Assembly (NCBI GenBank): GCA_964016885.1
Contig: OZ024748.1
Span: 40,486,001-40,550,000, forward strand
Reading direction: 5' to 3'
Origin: Eledone cirrhosa
Taxonomy: Eukaryota
Length of the DNA: 64,000 nucleotides
Of the stretch, positions 18,601 to 37,500 are shown piece by piece. Positions within the stretch are counted from its first letter, which is position 1. Every line of letters begins with the position of its first letter. Both the position numbers and the translations under genes were made by a program. A model generated the notes under the pieces. That model was not told the origin of the DNA and did not search any database. It was given only the letters and a program-made list of their open reading frames with translations.

Positions 18601-20200
18601 TGTATATAGACCATACATATAGATCTTGTATAGACCATACATATAGATCTTGTATAGACCATACATATAGATATTGTATAGACCATACATATAGATCTTG
18701 TATAGACCACACATATAGATATTGTGTAGACCACACATATAGATATTGTATAGACCACACATATAGATCTTGTATATAGACCACACATATAGATCTTGTA
18801 TATAGACAACACATATAGATCTTGTATAGACCATACATATAGATCTTGTATAGACCATACATATAGATCTTGTATATAGACCACACATATAGATCTTGTA
18901 TAGACCATACATATAGATCTTGTATAGACCATACATATAGATCTTGTATATAGACCATACATATAGATCTGTTATATAGACCACACATATAGATCTTGTA
19001 TAGACCATACATATAGATCTTGTATAGACCATACATATAGATCTTGTGTATAGACCACACATATAGATCTTGTATATAGACCATACATATAGATCTTGTA
19101 TATAGACCACACATATAGATCTTGTGTAGACCATACATATAGATCTTGTAAATAGACCATACGTATAGATCTTGTGTATAGACCATACATGTAGATCTTG
19201 TATAGACCATACATATACATCTTGTATAGACCACACATAGAGATCTTGTATAGACCACACATATAGATATTGTATATAGACCATACATATAGATCTTGTA
19301 TAGGCCATACATATAGATCTTGTATAGACCATACATATAGATCTTGTATAGACCACACATATAGATCTTGTATATTGACCATACATATAGATCTTGTATA
19401 GACCATACATATAGATCTTGTGTATAGACCTTACGTATACATCTTGTAAAGACCATACATATAGATCTTGTATAGACCATACATATAGATCTTGTATAGA
19501 CCACACATATAGATCTTGTATAGACCATACATATAAATCTTGCGTATAGACCATACATATAGATCTTGTATAGACCATATATATAGATCTTGTATATAGA
19601 CCATACATATAGATCTTGTATAGACCATACATATAGATCTTGTATAGACCATACATATAGATCTTGTGTATAGACCATACATATAGATCTTGTATAGACC
19701 ATAATATAGATGTTGTATATAGACCATACATATAGATCTTTTATAGACCATACATATAAATCTTGTGTATAGACCATACATATAGATCTTGTATAGACCA
19801 TACATATAGATCTTGTATAGGCCACACATATAGATCTTGTATATAGACCATACATATAGATCTTGTATAGACCATACATATAGATCTTGTATAGACCACA
19901 CATATAGATATTGTATAGACCATACATATAGATCTTGTATATAGACCATACATATAGATCTTGTATAGACCACACATATAGATATTGTATAGACCATACA
20001 TATAGATCTTGTATAAACCACACATATAGATATTGTATAGACCATACATATAGATCTTGCATAGACCATACATATACATCTTGTATAGACCATACATATA
20101 GATATTGTATATAGACCATACATATAGATCTTGTATAGACCATAGATATAGATCTTGTATATAGACCATACATATAGATCTTGTATAGACCATACATATA
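15620..20200. repeat. ~2.3-kb tandem higher-order duplication (offset 2337, then 2263 bp)
   Basis: TTGTATTTAGACTA occurs at ~15835 and ~18172. ORF-track pair 15846..16625 and 18183..18962 is near-identical. The 1-bp-deleted unit CCATAATATAGA occurs at ~17436 and ~19699. Boundaries are approximate. Confidence 0.85.
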
Positions 20201-23200
20201 GATATTGTGTATAGACCATACATATAGATCTTGTGTATAGACCATACATATAGATCTTGTGTATAGACCATACATATAGATCTTGTATAGACCACACATA
20301 TAGATCTTGTGTATAGACCACACATATAGATCTTGTATAGACCTCACATATAGATCTTGTGTATAGACCACACATATAGATCTTGTATAGACCACACATA
20401 TAGATCTTGTGTATAGACCACACATATAGATCTTGTGTATAGACCATACATATAGATCTTGTGTATAGACCATACATATAGATCTTGTATATAGACCATA
20501 CATATAGATCTTGTATATAGACCATACATATAGATCTTGTATATAGACCATACATATAGATCTTGTATATAGACCATACATATAGATCTTGTATATAGAC
20601 CACACATATAGATCTTGTGTATGGACCATACATATAGATCTTGTATAGACCACACATATAGATCTTGTATAGACTATACATATAGATCTTGTATAGACCA
20701 TACATATAGATCTTGTATAGACCACACATATAAATCTTGTGTATGGACCATACATATAGATCTTGTATAGACCACACTATAGATCTTGTATAGACTATAC
20801 ATATAGATCTTGTATAGACCACACATATAGATATTGTATAGACCACACATATAGATATTGTATATAGACCACACATATAGATCTTGTATAGACCATACAT
20901 ATAGATCTTGTATAGACCATACATATAGATATTGTATAGACCATACATATAGATCTTGTATAGACCACACATATAGATATTGTGTAGACCACACATATAG
21001 ATATTGTATAGACCACACATATAGATCTTGTATATAGACCATACATATAGATCTTGTATATAGACCACACATATAGATCTTGTGTATAGACCATACATAT
21101 AGATCTTGTATATAGACCACACATATAGATCTTGTGTATAGACCATACATATAGATCTTGTATAGACCATACATATAGATCTTGTATAGACCATACATAT
21201 AGATCTTGTATAGACCATACATATAGATCTTGTATAGACCACACATATAGATATTGTATAGACCACACATAGATCTTGTGTATAGACCATACATATAGAT
21301 CTTGTGTATAGACCATACATATAGATCTTGTATAGACCACACATATAGATCTTGTGTATAGACCATACATATAGATCTTGTATATAGACCATACATATAG
21401 ATCTTGTATAGACCATACATATAGATCTTGTATAGACCATACATATAGATCTTGTATATAGACAACACATATAGATCTTGTATAGACCATACATATAGAT
21501 CTTGTATAGACCATACATATAGATCTTGTATATAGACCACACATATAGATCTTGTATAGACCATACATATAGATCTTGTATAGACCATACATATAGATCT
21601 TGTATATAGACCATACATATAGATCTGTTATATAGACCACACATATAGATCTTGTATAGACCATACATATAGATCTTGTATAGACCATACATATAGATCT
21701 TGTGTATAGACCACACATATAGATCTTGTATATAGACCATACATATAGATCTTGTGTATAGACCATACATATAGATATTGTATATAGACCATACATATAG
21801 ATCTTGTATATAGACCATACATATAGATCTTGTATATAGACCATACATATAGATCTTGTATATAGACCATACATATAGATCTTGTATATAGACCACACAT
21901 ATAGATCTTGTGTATGGACCATACATATAGATCTTGTATAGACCACACATATAGATCTTGTATAGACTATACATATAGATCTTGTATAGACCATACATAT
22001 AGATCTTGTATAGACCACACATATAAATCTTGTGTATGGACCATACATATAGATCTTGTATAGACCACACATATAGATCTTGTATAGACTATACATATAG
22101 ATCTTGTATAGACCACACATATAGATATTGTATAGACCACACATATAGATATTGTATATAGACCACACATATAGATCTTGTATAGACCATACATATAGAT
22201 CTTGTATAGACCACACATATAGATTTTGTATAGACCACACATATAGATATTGTATATAGACCATACATATAGATCTTGTATAGACCACACATATAGATAT
22301 TGTGTATAGACCATACATATAGATCTTGTATAGACCATACATATAGATCTTGTATAGACCACACATATAGATCTTGTATAGACCATACATATAGATCTTG
22401 TATAGACCACACATATAGATCTTGTATGTAGATCATACATATAGATCTTGTATATATACCATACATATAGATCTTCTATATAGACCATACATATAGAAAT
22501 TGTATATAGACCACACATATAGATATTGTGTATAGACCACACATATAGATCTTGTATAGACCATACATATAGATCTTGTATAGACCACACATATAGATAT
22601 TGTGTATAGACCATACATATAGATCTTGTATAGACCATACATATAGATATTGTGTATAGACCATACATATAGATCTTGTATAGACTATACATATAGATCT
22701 TGTATAGACCATACATATAGATATTGTGTATAGACCATACATATAGATCTTGTATAGACCATACATATAGATCTTGTATAGACCACACATATAGATCTTG
22801 TATATAGACCACACATATAGATCTTGTGTATAGACCACACATATAGATCTTGTATAGACCACACATATAGATCTTGTATATAGACCACACATATAGATCT
22901 TGTGTATAGACCACACATATAGATCTTGTATAGACCACACATATAGATCTTGTGTATAGACGACACATATAGATCTTGTATAGACCATACATATAGATCT
23001 TGTATATAGACCACACATATAGATCTAGTATATAGACCATACATATAGGTCTTGTATATAGACCACACATATAGATCTTGTGTATAGACCACACATATAG
23101 ATTTTGTATAGACCACACATATAGATCTTGTGTATAGACCATACATATAGATCTTGTATAGACCATACATATAGATCTTGTATAGACCACACATATAGAT

Positions 23201-23299
23201 CTTGTGTATAGACCATACATATAGATCTTGTATAGACCACACATATAGATCTTGTATATAGACCACACATATAGATCTTGTGTATAGACCACACATATA

Positions 23300-26200
23300 G
23301 ATCTTGTATAGACCACACATATAGATCTTGTGTATAGACGACACATATAGATCTTGTATAGACCATACATATAGATCTTGTATATAGACCACACATATAG
23401 ATCTAGTATATACACCATACATATAGGTCTTGTATATAGACCACACATATAGATCTTGTGTATAGACCACACATATAGATCTTGTATAGACCACACATAT
23501 AGATCTTGTGTATAGACCACACATATAGATCTTGTGTATAGACCATACATATACATCTTGTGTATAGACCATACATATAGATCTTGTATATAGACCATAC
23601 ATATAGATCTTGTATATAGACCACACATATAGATCTTGTGTATGGACCATACATATAGATCTTGTATAGACCACACATATAGATCTTGTATAGACTATAC
23701 ATATAGATCTTGTATAGACCATACATATAGATCATGTATAGACCACACATATAGATCTTGTGTATGGACCATACATATAGATCTTGTATAGACCACACAT
23801 ATAGATCTTGTATAGACCATACATATAGATCTTGTATAGACCACACATATAGATATTGTATAGACCACACATATAGATATTGTATATAGTCCACACATAT
23901 AGATCTTGTATAGACCAAACATATAGATCTTGTATAGACCACACATATAGATCCTGTATAGACCACACATATAGATATTGTATATAGACCATACATATAG
24001 ATCTTGTATAGACCACACATATAGATATTGTGTATAGACCATACATATAGATCTTGTATAGACCATACATATAGATCTTGTATAGACCACACATATAGAT
24101 CTTGTATAGACCATACATATAGATCTTGTATAGACCACACATATAGATCTTGTATATAGATCATACATATAGATCTTGTATATAGACCATACATATAGAT
24201 CTTGTGTATAGACCATACATATAGATCTTCTATATAGACCATACATATAGAAATTGTATATAGACCACACATATAGATATTGTGTATAGACCACACATAT
24301 AGATCTTGTATAGACCATACATATAGATCTTGTATAGACCACACATATAGATATTGTGTATAGACCATACATATAGATCTTGTATAGACCTTACATATAG
24401 ATATTGTGTATAGACCATACATATAGATCTTGTATATACCATACATATAGATCTTGTATAGACCATACATATAGATATTGTGTATATGCCATACATATAG
24501 ATCTTGTATAGACCATACATATAGATATTGTGTATAGACCATACATATAGATCTTGTATAGACCATACATATAGATCTTGTATAGACCACACATAGATAT
24601 TGTGTAGACCACACATATAGATATTGTGTATAGACCATACATATAGATCTTGTATAGACCATACATATAGATCTTGTATAGACCACACATATAGATATTG
24701 TGTAAAGACCATACATATAGATCTTGTATAGACCATACATATAGATATTGTGTATAGACCATACATATAGATCTTGTATAGACCATACATATAGATCTTG
24801 TATATAGACCATACATATAGATCTTGTATATAGACCACACATATAGATATTGTATATAGACCATACATATAGATCTTGTGTATAGACAATACATATAGAT
24901 CTCGTGTATAGACCACACATATAGATCTTGTGTATAGACCATACATATAGATCTTGTATAGACCACACATATAGATCTTGTATATAGACCATACATATAG
25001 ATCTTGTATCGACCACACATATAGATGTTGTGTATAGACCATACATATAGATCTTGTATAGACCATACATATAGATATTGTGTATAGACCACACATATAG
25101 ATCTTGTATCGACCACACATATAGATCTTGTATATAGACCATACATATAGATCTTGTATATAGACCATACATATAGATCTTGTATATAGACCATACATAT
25201 AGATATTGTATATAGAGCACACATATAGATATTGTGTATAGACCACAGATATAGATCTTGTATAGACCATACATATAGATCTTGTATAGACCACACATAT
25301 AGATGTTGTGTATAGACCATACATATAGATCTTGTATAGACCATACATATAGATATTGTGTATAGACCACACATATAGATATTGTGTAGACCACACATAT
25401 AGATATTGTGTATAGACCATACATATAGATCTTGTATAGACCATACATATAGATCTTGTATACACCACACATATAGATATTGTGTATAGACCATACATAT
25501 AGATCTTGTATAGACCATACATATAGATCTTGTATATAGACCATACATATAGATCTTGTATATAGACCACACATATAGAAAAATGTATATAGACCATACA
25601 TATAGATCTTGTGTATAGACCATACATATAGATCTTGTGTATAGACCACACATATAGATCTTGTGTATAGACCATACATATAGATCTTGTATAGACCACA
25701 CATATAGATCTTGTATATAGACCACACATATAGATCCAGTATAGACCACACATATAGATCTTGTATATAGACCACACATATAGATATTGTGTATAGACCA
25801 CACATATAGATCTTGTGTATAGACCATACATATAGATATTGTGTAGACCATACATATAGATCTTGTATAGACCATACATATAGATCTTGTATAGACCATA
25901 CATATAGATCTTGTATAGACCACACATATAGATCTTGTATATAGACCATACATATAGATCTTGTATAGACCACACATATAGATCTTGTATAGACCATACA
26001 TATAGATCTTGTATAGACCACACATATAGATATTGTGTATAGACCATACATATAGATCTTGTATAGACCATAAATATAGATCTTGTATAGACCACACATA
26101 TAGATCTTGTATAGACCACACATATAGATATTGTGTATAGACCATACATATAGATCATGTATAGACCACACATATAGATATTGTATATAGACCACACATA

Positions 26201-29200
26201 TAGATATTGTGTATAGACCAGACATATAGATCTTGTATAGACCATACATATAGATCTTGTATAGACCATACATATAGATCTTATATAGACCATACGTATA
26301 GATCTTGTATAGACCATACATATAGATCTTGTGTATAGACCATACATATAGATCTTGTATAGACCATAGATATAGATCTTGTATAGACCATACATATAGA
26401 TCTTGTATATAGACCATACATATAGATCTTGTGTATAGACCATACATATAGATCTTGTGTATAGACCATACATATAGATCTTGTGTATAGACCACACATA
26501 TAGATCTTGTATAGACCATACATATAGATATTGTATAGACCATACATATAGATCTTGTGTATAGACCATACATATAAATCTTGTATAGACCATACATATA
26601 GATCTTGTATAGACCATACATATAAATATTGTGTATAGACCATACATATAGATCTTGTGTATAGACCATACATATAGATCTTGTGTATAGACCACACATA
26701 TAGATCTTGTATAGACCATACATATAGACATTGTATAGACCATACATATAGATATTGTGTATAGACCATACATATAGATCTTGTATAGACCATACATATA
26801 GATCTTGTATAGACCATACATATAGATATTGTGTATAGACCATACATATAGATCTTGTATAGACCATACATATAGATATTGTGTATAGACCATACATATA
26901 GATCTTGTATAGACCATACATATAGATCTTGTATAGACCACACATATAGATATTGTGTAGACCACACATATAGATATTGTGTATAGACCATACATATAGA
27001 TCTTGTATAGACCATACATAAAGATCTTGTATAGACCACACATATAGATATTGTGTATAGACCATACATATAGATCTTGTATAGATATACATATAGATAT
27101 CGTGTATAGATCATACATATAGATCTTGTATAGACCACACATATAGATATTGTATATAGACCATACATATAGATCTTGTATAGAACATACATATAGATAT
27201 TGTGTATAGACCATACATATAGATATTGTATATAGACCATACATATAGATCTTGTATAGACCATACATATAGATCTTGTATATAGACCATACATATAGAT
27301 CTTGTATATAGACCACACATATAGATATTGTATATAGACCATACATATAGATCTTGTGTATAGACCATACATATAGATCTTGTGTATAGACCACACATAT
27401 AGATCTTGTGTATAGACCATACATATAGATCTTGTATAGACCACACATATAGATCTTGTATATAGACCACACATATAGATCTTGTATAGACCACACATAT
27501 AGATCTTGTATATAGACCACACATATAAATATTGTGTATAGACCACACATATAGATCTTGTGTATAGACCACACATATAGATATTGTGTATAGACCATAC
27601 ATATAGATCTTGTATAGACCATACATATAGATCTTGTATAGACCACACATATAGATCTTGTGTATAGACGACACATATAGATCTTGTATAGACCATACAT
27701 ATAGATCTTGTATATAGACCACACATATAGATCTAGTATATACACCATACATATAGGTCTTGTATATAGACCACACATATAGATCTTGTGTATAGACCAC
27801 ACATATAGATCTTGTATAGACCACACATATAGATCTTGTGTATAGACCACACATATAGATCTTGTGTATAGACCATACATATACATCTTGTGTATAGACC
27901 ATACATATAGATCTTGTATATAGACCATACATATAGATCTTGTATATAGACCACACATATAGATCTTGTGTATGGACCATACATATAGATCTTGTATAGA
28001 CCACACATATAGATCTTGTATAGACTATACATATAGATCTTGTATAGACCATACATATAGATCATGTATAGACCACACATATAGATCTTGTGTATGGACC
28101 ATACATATAGATCTTGTATAGACCACACATATAGATCTTGTATAGACCATACATATAGATCTTGTATAGACCACACATATAGATATTGTATAGACCACAC
28201 ATATAGATATTGTATATAGTCCACACATATAGATCTTGTATAGACCATACATATAGATCTTGTATAGACCACACATATAGATCCTGTATAGACCACACAT
28301 ATAGATATTGTATATAGACCATACATATAGATCTTGTATAGACCACACATATAGATATTGTGTATAGACCATACATATAGATCTTGTATAGACCATACAT
28401 ATAGATCTTGTATAGACCACACATATAGATCTTGTATAGACCATACATATAGATCTTGTATAGACCACACATATAGATCTTGTATATAGATCATACATAT
28501 AGATCTTGTATATAGACCATACATATAGATCTTGTGTATAGACCATACATATAGATCTTCTATATAGACCATACATATAGAAATTGTATATAGACCACAC
28601 ATATAGATATTGTGTATAGACCACACATATAGATCTTGTATAGACCATACATATAGATCTTGTATAGACCACACATATAGATATTGTGTATAGACCATAC
28701 ATATAGATCTTGTATAGACCTTACATATAGATATTGTGTATAGACCATACATATAGATCTTGTATATACCATACATATAGATCTTGTATAGACCATACAT
28801 ATAGATATTGTGTATATGCCATACATATAGATCTTGTATAGACCATACATATAGATATTGTGTATAGACCATACATATAGATCTTGTATAGACCATACAT
28901 ATAGATCTTGTATAGACCACACATAGATATTGTGTAGACCACACATATAGATATTGTGTATAGACCATACATATAGATCTTGTATAGACCATACATATAG
29001 ATCTTGTATAGACCACACATATAGATATTGTGTAAAGACCATACATATAGATCTTGTATAGACCATACATATAGATATTGTGTATAGACCATACATATAG
29101 ATCTTGTATAGACCATACATATAGATCTTGTATATAGACCATACATATAGATCTTGTATATAGACCACACATATAGATATTGTATATAGACCATACATAT

Positions 29201-31530
29201 AGATCTTGTGTATAGACAATACATATAGATCTCGTGTATAGACCACACATATAGATCTTGTGTATAGACCATACATATAGATCTTGTATAGACCACACAT
29301 ATAGATCTTGTATATAGACCATACATATAGATCTTGTATCGACCACACATATAGATGTTGTGTATAGACCATACATATAGATCTTGTATAGACCATACAT
29401 ATAGATATTGTGTATAGACCACACATATAGATCTTGTATCGACCACACATATAGATCTTGTATATAGACCATACATATAGATCTTGTATATAGACCATAC
29501 ATATAGATCTTGTATATAGACCATACATATAGATATTGTATATAGAGCACACATATAGATATTGTGTATAGACCACAGATATAGATCTTGTATAGACCAT
29601 ACATATAGATCTTGTATAGACCACACATATAGATATTGTGTATAGACCACACATATAGATATTGTGTAGACCACACATATAGATATTGTGTATAGACCAT
29701 ACATATAGATCTTGTATAGACCATACATATAGATCTTGTATACACCACACATATAGATATTGTGTATAGACCATACATATAGATCTTGTATAGACCATAC
29801 ATATAGATCTTGTATATAGACCATACATATAGATCTTGTATATAGACCACACATATAGAAAAATGTATATAGACCATACATATAGATCTTGTGTATAGAC
29901 CATACATATAGATCTTGTGTATAGACCACACATATAGATCTTGTGTATAGACCATACATATAGATCTTGTATAGACCACACATATAGATCTTGTATATAG
30001 ACCACACATATAGATCCAGTATAGACCACACATATAGATCTTGTATATAGACCACACATATAGATATTGTGTATAGACCACACATATAGATCTTGTGTAT
30101 AGACCATACATATAGATATTGTGTAGACCATACATATAGATCTTGTATAGACCATACATATAGATTTTGTATAGACCATACATATAGATCTTGTATAGAC
30201 CACACATATAGATCTTGTATATAGACCATACATATAGATCTTGTATAGACCACACATATAGATCTTGTATAGACCATACATATAGATCTTGTATAGACCA
30301 CACATATAGATATTGTGTATAGACCATACATATAGATCTTGTATAGACCATAAATATAGATCTTGTATAGACCACACATATAGATCTTGTATAGACCACA
30401 CATATAGATATTGTGTATAGACCATACATATAGATCATGTATAGACCACACATATAGATATTGTATATAGACCACACATATAGATATTGTGTATAGACCA
30501 GACATATAGATCTTGTATAGACCATACATATAGATCTTGTATAGACCATACATATAGATCTTATATAGACCATACATATAGATCTTGTATAGACCATACA
30601 TATAGATCTTGTGTATAGACCATACATATAGATCTTGTATAGACCATAGATATAGATCTTGTATAGACCATACATATAGATCTTGTATATAGACCATACA
30701 TATAGATCTTGTGTATAGACCATACATATAGATCTTGTGTATAGACCATACATATAGATCTTGTGTATAGACCACACATATAGATCTTGTATAGACCATA
30801 CATATAGATATTGTATAGACCATACATATAGATCTTGTGTATAGACCATACATATAAATCTTGTATAGACCATACATATAGATCTTGTATAGACCATACA
30901 TATAAATATTGTGTATAGACCATACATATAGATCTTGTGTATAGACCATACATATAGATCTTGTGTATAGACCACACATATAGATCTTGTATAGACCATA
31001 CATATAGACATTGTATAGACCATACATATAGATATTGTGTATAGACCATACATATAGATCTTGTATAGACCATACATATAGATCTTGTATAGACCATACA
31101 TATAGATATTGTGTATAGACCATACATATAGATCTTGTATAGACCATACATATAGATATTGTGTATAGACCATACATATAGATCTTGTATAGACCATACA
31201 TATAGATCTTGTATAGACCACACATATAGATATTGTGTAGACCACACATATAGATATTGTGTATAGACCATACATATAGATCTTGTATAGACCATACATA
31301 AAGATCTTGTATAGACCACACATATAGATATTGTGTATAGACCATACATATAGATCTTGTATAGATATACATATAGATATCGTGTATAGATCATACATAT
31401 AGATCTTGTATAGACCACACATATAGATATTGTATATAGACCATACATATAGATCTTGTATAGACCATACATATAGATATTGTGTATAGACCATACATAT
31501 AGATATTGTATATAGACCATACATATAGAT
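23300..31530. repeat. ~4.3-kb tandem higher-order duplication (offset 4330, then 4280 bp after loss of one 24+26 pair)
   Basis: ATCTAGTATATACACC occurs at 23401 and 27731 (offset 4330). AGAAAAATG occurs at 25577 and 29857, and GATCCAGT at 25733 and 30013 (offset 4280). Confidence 0.9.
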
Positions 31531-34500
31531 CTTGTATAGACCACACATATAGATATTGTGTATAGACCATACATATAGATCTTGTATAGATATACATATA
31601 GATATCGTGTATAGATCATACATATAGATCTTGTATAGACCACACATATAGATATTGTATATAGACCATACATATAGATCTTGTATAGACCATACATATA
31701 GATATTGTGTATAGACCATACATATAGATATTGTATATAGACCATACATATAGATCTTGTATAGACCATACATATAGATCTTGTATATAGACCATACATA
31801 TAGATCTTGTATATAGACCACACATATAGATATTGTATATAGACCATACATATAGATCTTGTGTATAGACCATACATATAGATCTTGTGTATAGACCACA
31901 CATATAGATCTTGTATATAGACCACACATATAGATATTGTGTATAGACCACACATATAGATCTTGTGTATAGACCATACATATAGATATTGTGTAGACCA
32001 TACATATAGATCTTGTATAGACCATACATATAGATTTTGTATAGACCATACTTATAGATCTTGTATAGACCACACATATAGATCTTGTATATAGACCATA
32101 CATATAGATCTTGTATAGACCACACATATAGATCTTGTATAGACCATACATATAGATCTTGTATAGACCACACATATAGATATTGTGTATAGACCATACA
32201 TATAGATCTTGTATAGACCATAAATATAGATCTTGTATAGACCACACATATAGATCTTGTATAGACCACACATATAGATATTGTGTATAGACCATACATA
32301 TAGATCATGTATAGACCACACATATAGATATTGTATATAGACCACACATATAGATATTGTGTATAGACCAGACATATAGATCTTGTATAGACCATACATA
32401 TAGATCTTGTATAGACCATACATATAGATCTTATATAGACCATACATATAGATCTTGTATAGACCATACATATAGATCTTGTGTATAGACCATACATATA
32501 GATCTTGTATAGACCATAGATATAGATCTTGTATAGACCATACATATAGATCTTGTATATAGACCATACATATAGATCTTGTGTATAGACCATACATATA
32601 GATCTTGTGTATAGACCATACATATAGATCTTGTGTATAGACCACACATATAGATCTTGTATAGACCATACATATAGATATTGTATAGACCATACATATA
32701 GATCTTGTGTATAGACCATACATATAAATCTTGTATAGACCATACATATAGATCTTGTATAGACCATACATATAAATATTGTGTATAGACCATACATATA
32801 GATCTTGTGTATAGACCATACATATAGATCTTGTGTATAGACCACACATATAGATCTTGTATAGACCATACATATAGACATTGTATAGACCATACATATA
32901 GATATTGTGTATAGACCATACATATAGATCTTGTATAGACCATACATATAGATCTTGTATAGACCATACATATAGATATTGTGTATAGACCATACATATA
33001 GATCTTGTATAGACCATACATATAGATATTGTGTATAGACCATACATATAGATCTTGTATAGACCATACATATAGATCTTGTATAGACCACACATATAGA
33101 TATTGTGTAGACCACACATATAGATATTGTGTATAGACCATACATATAGATCTTGTATAGACCATACATAAAGATCTTGTATAGACCACACATATAGATA
33201 TTGTGTATAGACCATACATATAGATCTTGTATAGATATACATATAGATATCGTGTATAGATCATACATATAGATCTTGTATAGACCACACATATAGATAT
33301 TGTATATAGACCATACATATAGATCTTGTATAGACCATACATATAGATATTGTGTATAGACCATACATATAGATATTGTATATAGACCATACATATAGAT
33401 CTTGTATAGACCATACATATAGATCTTGTATATAGACCATACATATAGATCTTGTATATAGACCACACATATAGATATTGTATATAGACCATACATATAG
33501 ATCTTGTGTATAGACCATACATATAGATCTTGTGTATAGACCACACATATAGATCTTGTGTATAGACCATACATATAGATCTTGTATAGACCACACATAT
33601 AGATCTTGTATATAGACCACACATATAGATCTTGTATAGACCACACATATAGATCTTGTATATAGACCACACATATAGATATTGTGTATAGACCACACAT
33701 ATAGATCTTGTGTATAGACCACACATATAGATATTGTGTATAGACCATACATATAGATCTTGTATAGACCATACATATAGATCTTGTATAGACCACACAT
33801 ATAGATCTTGTATAGACCACACATATAGATATTGTGTATAGGCCATACATATAGATCTTGTATAGACCATACATATAGACCTTGTATATAGGCCACACAT
33901 AGAGATCTTGTGTATAGATCATACATATAGATCTTGTATAGACCATACATATAGATCTTGTATAGACCATACATATCGATCTTGTATAGACCATACATAT
34001 AGATCTTGTATAGACCACACATATAGATCTTGTATAGACCACACATATAGATATTGTGTATAGACCATACATATAGATCTTGTATAGACCATACATAAAG
34101 ATCTTGTATAGACCACACATATAGATATTGTGTATAGACCATACATATAGATCTTGTATATAGACCACACATATAGATATTGTATATAGACCATACATAT
34201 AGATCTTGTGTATAGACCATACATATAGATCTTGTGTATAGACCACACATATAGATCTTGTATATAGACCACACATATAGATCTTGTATATAGACCACAC
34301 ATATAGATCTTGTATAGACCATACATATAGATCTTGTATATAGACCACACATATAGATCTTGTATAGACCATACATATAGATCTTGTATAGACCATACAT
34401 ATAGATCTTGTATATAGACCATACATATAGATCTGTTATATAGACCACACATATAGATCTTGTATAGACCATACATATAGATCTTGTATAGACCATACAT

Positions 34501-37500
34501 ATAGATCTTGTGTATAGACCACACATATAGATCTTGTATATAGACCACACATATAGATCTTGTATATAGACCACACATATAGATCTTGTATAGACCATAC
34601 ATATAGATCTTGTATAGACCATACATATAGATCTTGTATAGACCATACATATAGATCTTGTATATAGACCATACATATAGATCTTGTGTATAGACCATAC
34701 ATATAGATCTTGTGTATAGACCATACATATAGATCTTGTGTATAGACCACACATGTAGATCTTGTATAGACCATACATATACATATTGTATAGACCATAC
34801 ATATAGATCTTGTGTATAGACCATACATATAAATCTTGTATAGACCATACATATAGATCTTGTATAGACCATACATATAAATATTGTGTATAGACCATAC
34901 ATATAGATCTTGTGTATAGACCATACATATAGATCTTGTGTATAGACCACACATATAGATCTTGTATAGACCATGCATATAGATATTGTATAGACCATAC
35001 ATATAGATATTGTGTATAGACCATACATATAGATCTTGTATAGACCATACATATAGATCTTGTATAGACCATACATATAGATATTGTGTATAGACCATAC
35101 ATATAGATCTTGTATAGACCATACATATAGATATTGTATATAGACCATACATATAGATCTTGTATAGACCATACATATAGATCTTGTATAGACCACACAT
35201 ATAGATATTGTGTAGACCACACATATAGATATTGTGTATAGACCATACATATAGATCTTGTATAGACCATACATATAGATATCGTGTATAGATCATACAT
35301 ATAGATCTTGTATAGACCACACATATAGATATTGTATATAGACCATACATATAGATCTTGTATAGACCATACTTATAGATATTGTGTATAGACCATACAT
35401 ATAGATATTGTATATAGACCATACATATAGATCTTGTATAGACCATACATATAGATCTTGTATATAGACCATACATATAGATCTTGTATATAGACCACAC
35501 ATATAGATATTGTATATAGACCATACATATAGATCTTGTGTATAGACCATACATATAGATCTTGTGTATAGACCACACATATAGATCTTGTGTATAGACC
35601 ATACATATAGATCTTGTATAGACCACACATATAGATCTTGTATATAGACCACACATATAGATCTTGTATAGACCACACATATAGATCTTGTATATAGACC
35701 ACACATATAGATATTGTGTATAGACCACACATATAGATCTTGTGTATAGACCACACATATAGATATTGTGTATAGAACATACATATAGATCTTGTATAGA
35801 CCATACATATAGATCTTGTATAGACCACACATATAGATCTTGTATAGACCATACATATAGATCTTGTATAGACCACACATATAGATATTGTATAGACCAC
35901 ACATATAGATCTTGTGTATAGACCATACATATAGATCTTGTGTATAGACCATACATATAGATCTTGTATAGACCACACATATAGATCTTGTGTATAGACC
36001 ATATATATAGATCTTGTATATAGATCATACATATAGATCTTGTATAGACCATACATATAGATCTTGTATAGACCATACATATAGATATTGTATAGACCAT
36101 ACATATAGATCTTGTATAGACCACACATATAGATATTGTGTAGAACACACATATAGATATTGTATAGACCACACATATAGATCTTGTATATAGACCACAC
36201 ATATAGATCTTGTATATAGACCACACATATAGATCTTGTATAGACCATACATATAGATCTTGTATATAGACCACACATATAGATCTTGTATAGACCATAC
36301 ATATAGATCTTGTATAGACCATACATATAGATCTTGTATATAGACCATACATATAGATCTGTTATATAGACCACACATATAGATCTTGTATAGACCATAC
36401 ATATAGATCTTGTATAGACCATACATATAGATCTTGTGTATAGACCACACATATAGATCTTGTATATAGACCATACATATAGATCTTGTATATAGACCAC
36501 ACATATAGATCTTGTGTAGACCATACATATAGATCTTGTAAATAGACCATACATATAGATCTTGTGTATAGACCATACATATAGATCTTGTATAGACCAT
36601 ACATATAGATCTTGTATAGACCATACATATAGATCTTGTATATAGACCATACATATAGATCTTGTATAGACCACACATATAGATCTTGTATATAGACCAT
36701 ACATATAGATCTTGTATAGACCATACATATAGATCTTGTATAGACCACACATATAGATCTTGTATATAGACCATACATATAGATCTTGTATAGACCATAC
36801 ATATAGATCTTGTGTATAGACCTTACATATACATCTTGTATAGACCATACATATAGATCTTGTATAGACCACACATATAGATCTTGTATAGACCATACAT
36901 ATAGATCTTGTGTATAGACCACACATATAGATCTTGTATAGACCATGCATATAGATATTGTATAGACCATACATATAGATATTGTGTATAGACCATACAT
37001 ATAGATCTTGTATAGACCATACATATAGATCTTGTATAGACCATACATATAGATATTGTGTATAGACCATACATATAGATCTTGTATAGACCATACATAT
37101 AGATATTGTATATAGACCATACATATAGATCTTGTATAGACCATACATATAGATCTTGTATAGACCACACATATAGATATTGTGTAGACCACACATATAG
37201 ATATTGTGTATAGACCATACATATAGATCTTGTATAGACCATACATATAGATATCGTGTATAGATCATACATATAGATCTTGTATAGACCACACATATAG
37301 ATCTTGTGTATAGACCACACATATAGATCTTGTATAGACCATACATATAGACATTGTATAGACCATACATATAGATATTGTGTATAGACCATACATATAG
37401 ATCTTGTATAGACCATACATATAGATCTTGTATAGACCATACATATAGATATTGTGTATAGACCATACATATAGATCTTGTATAGACCATACATATAGAT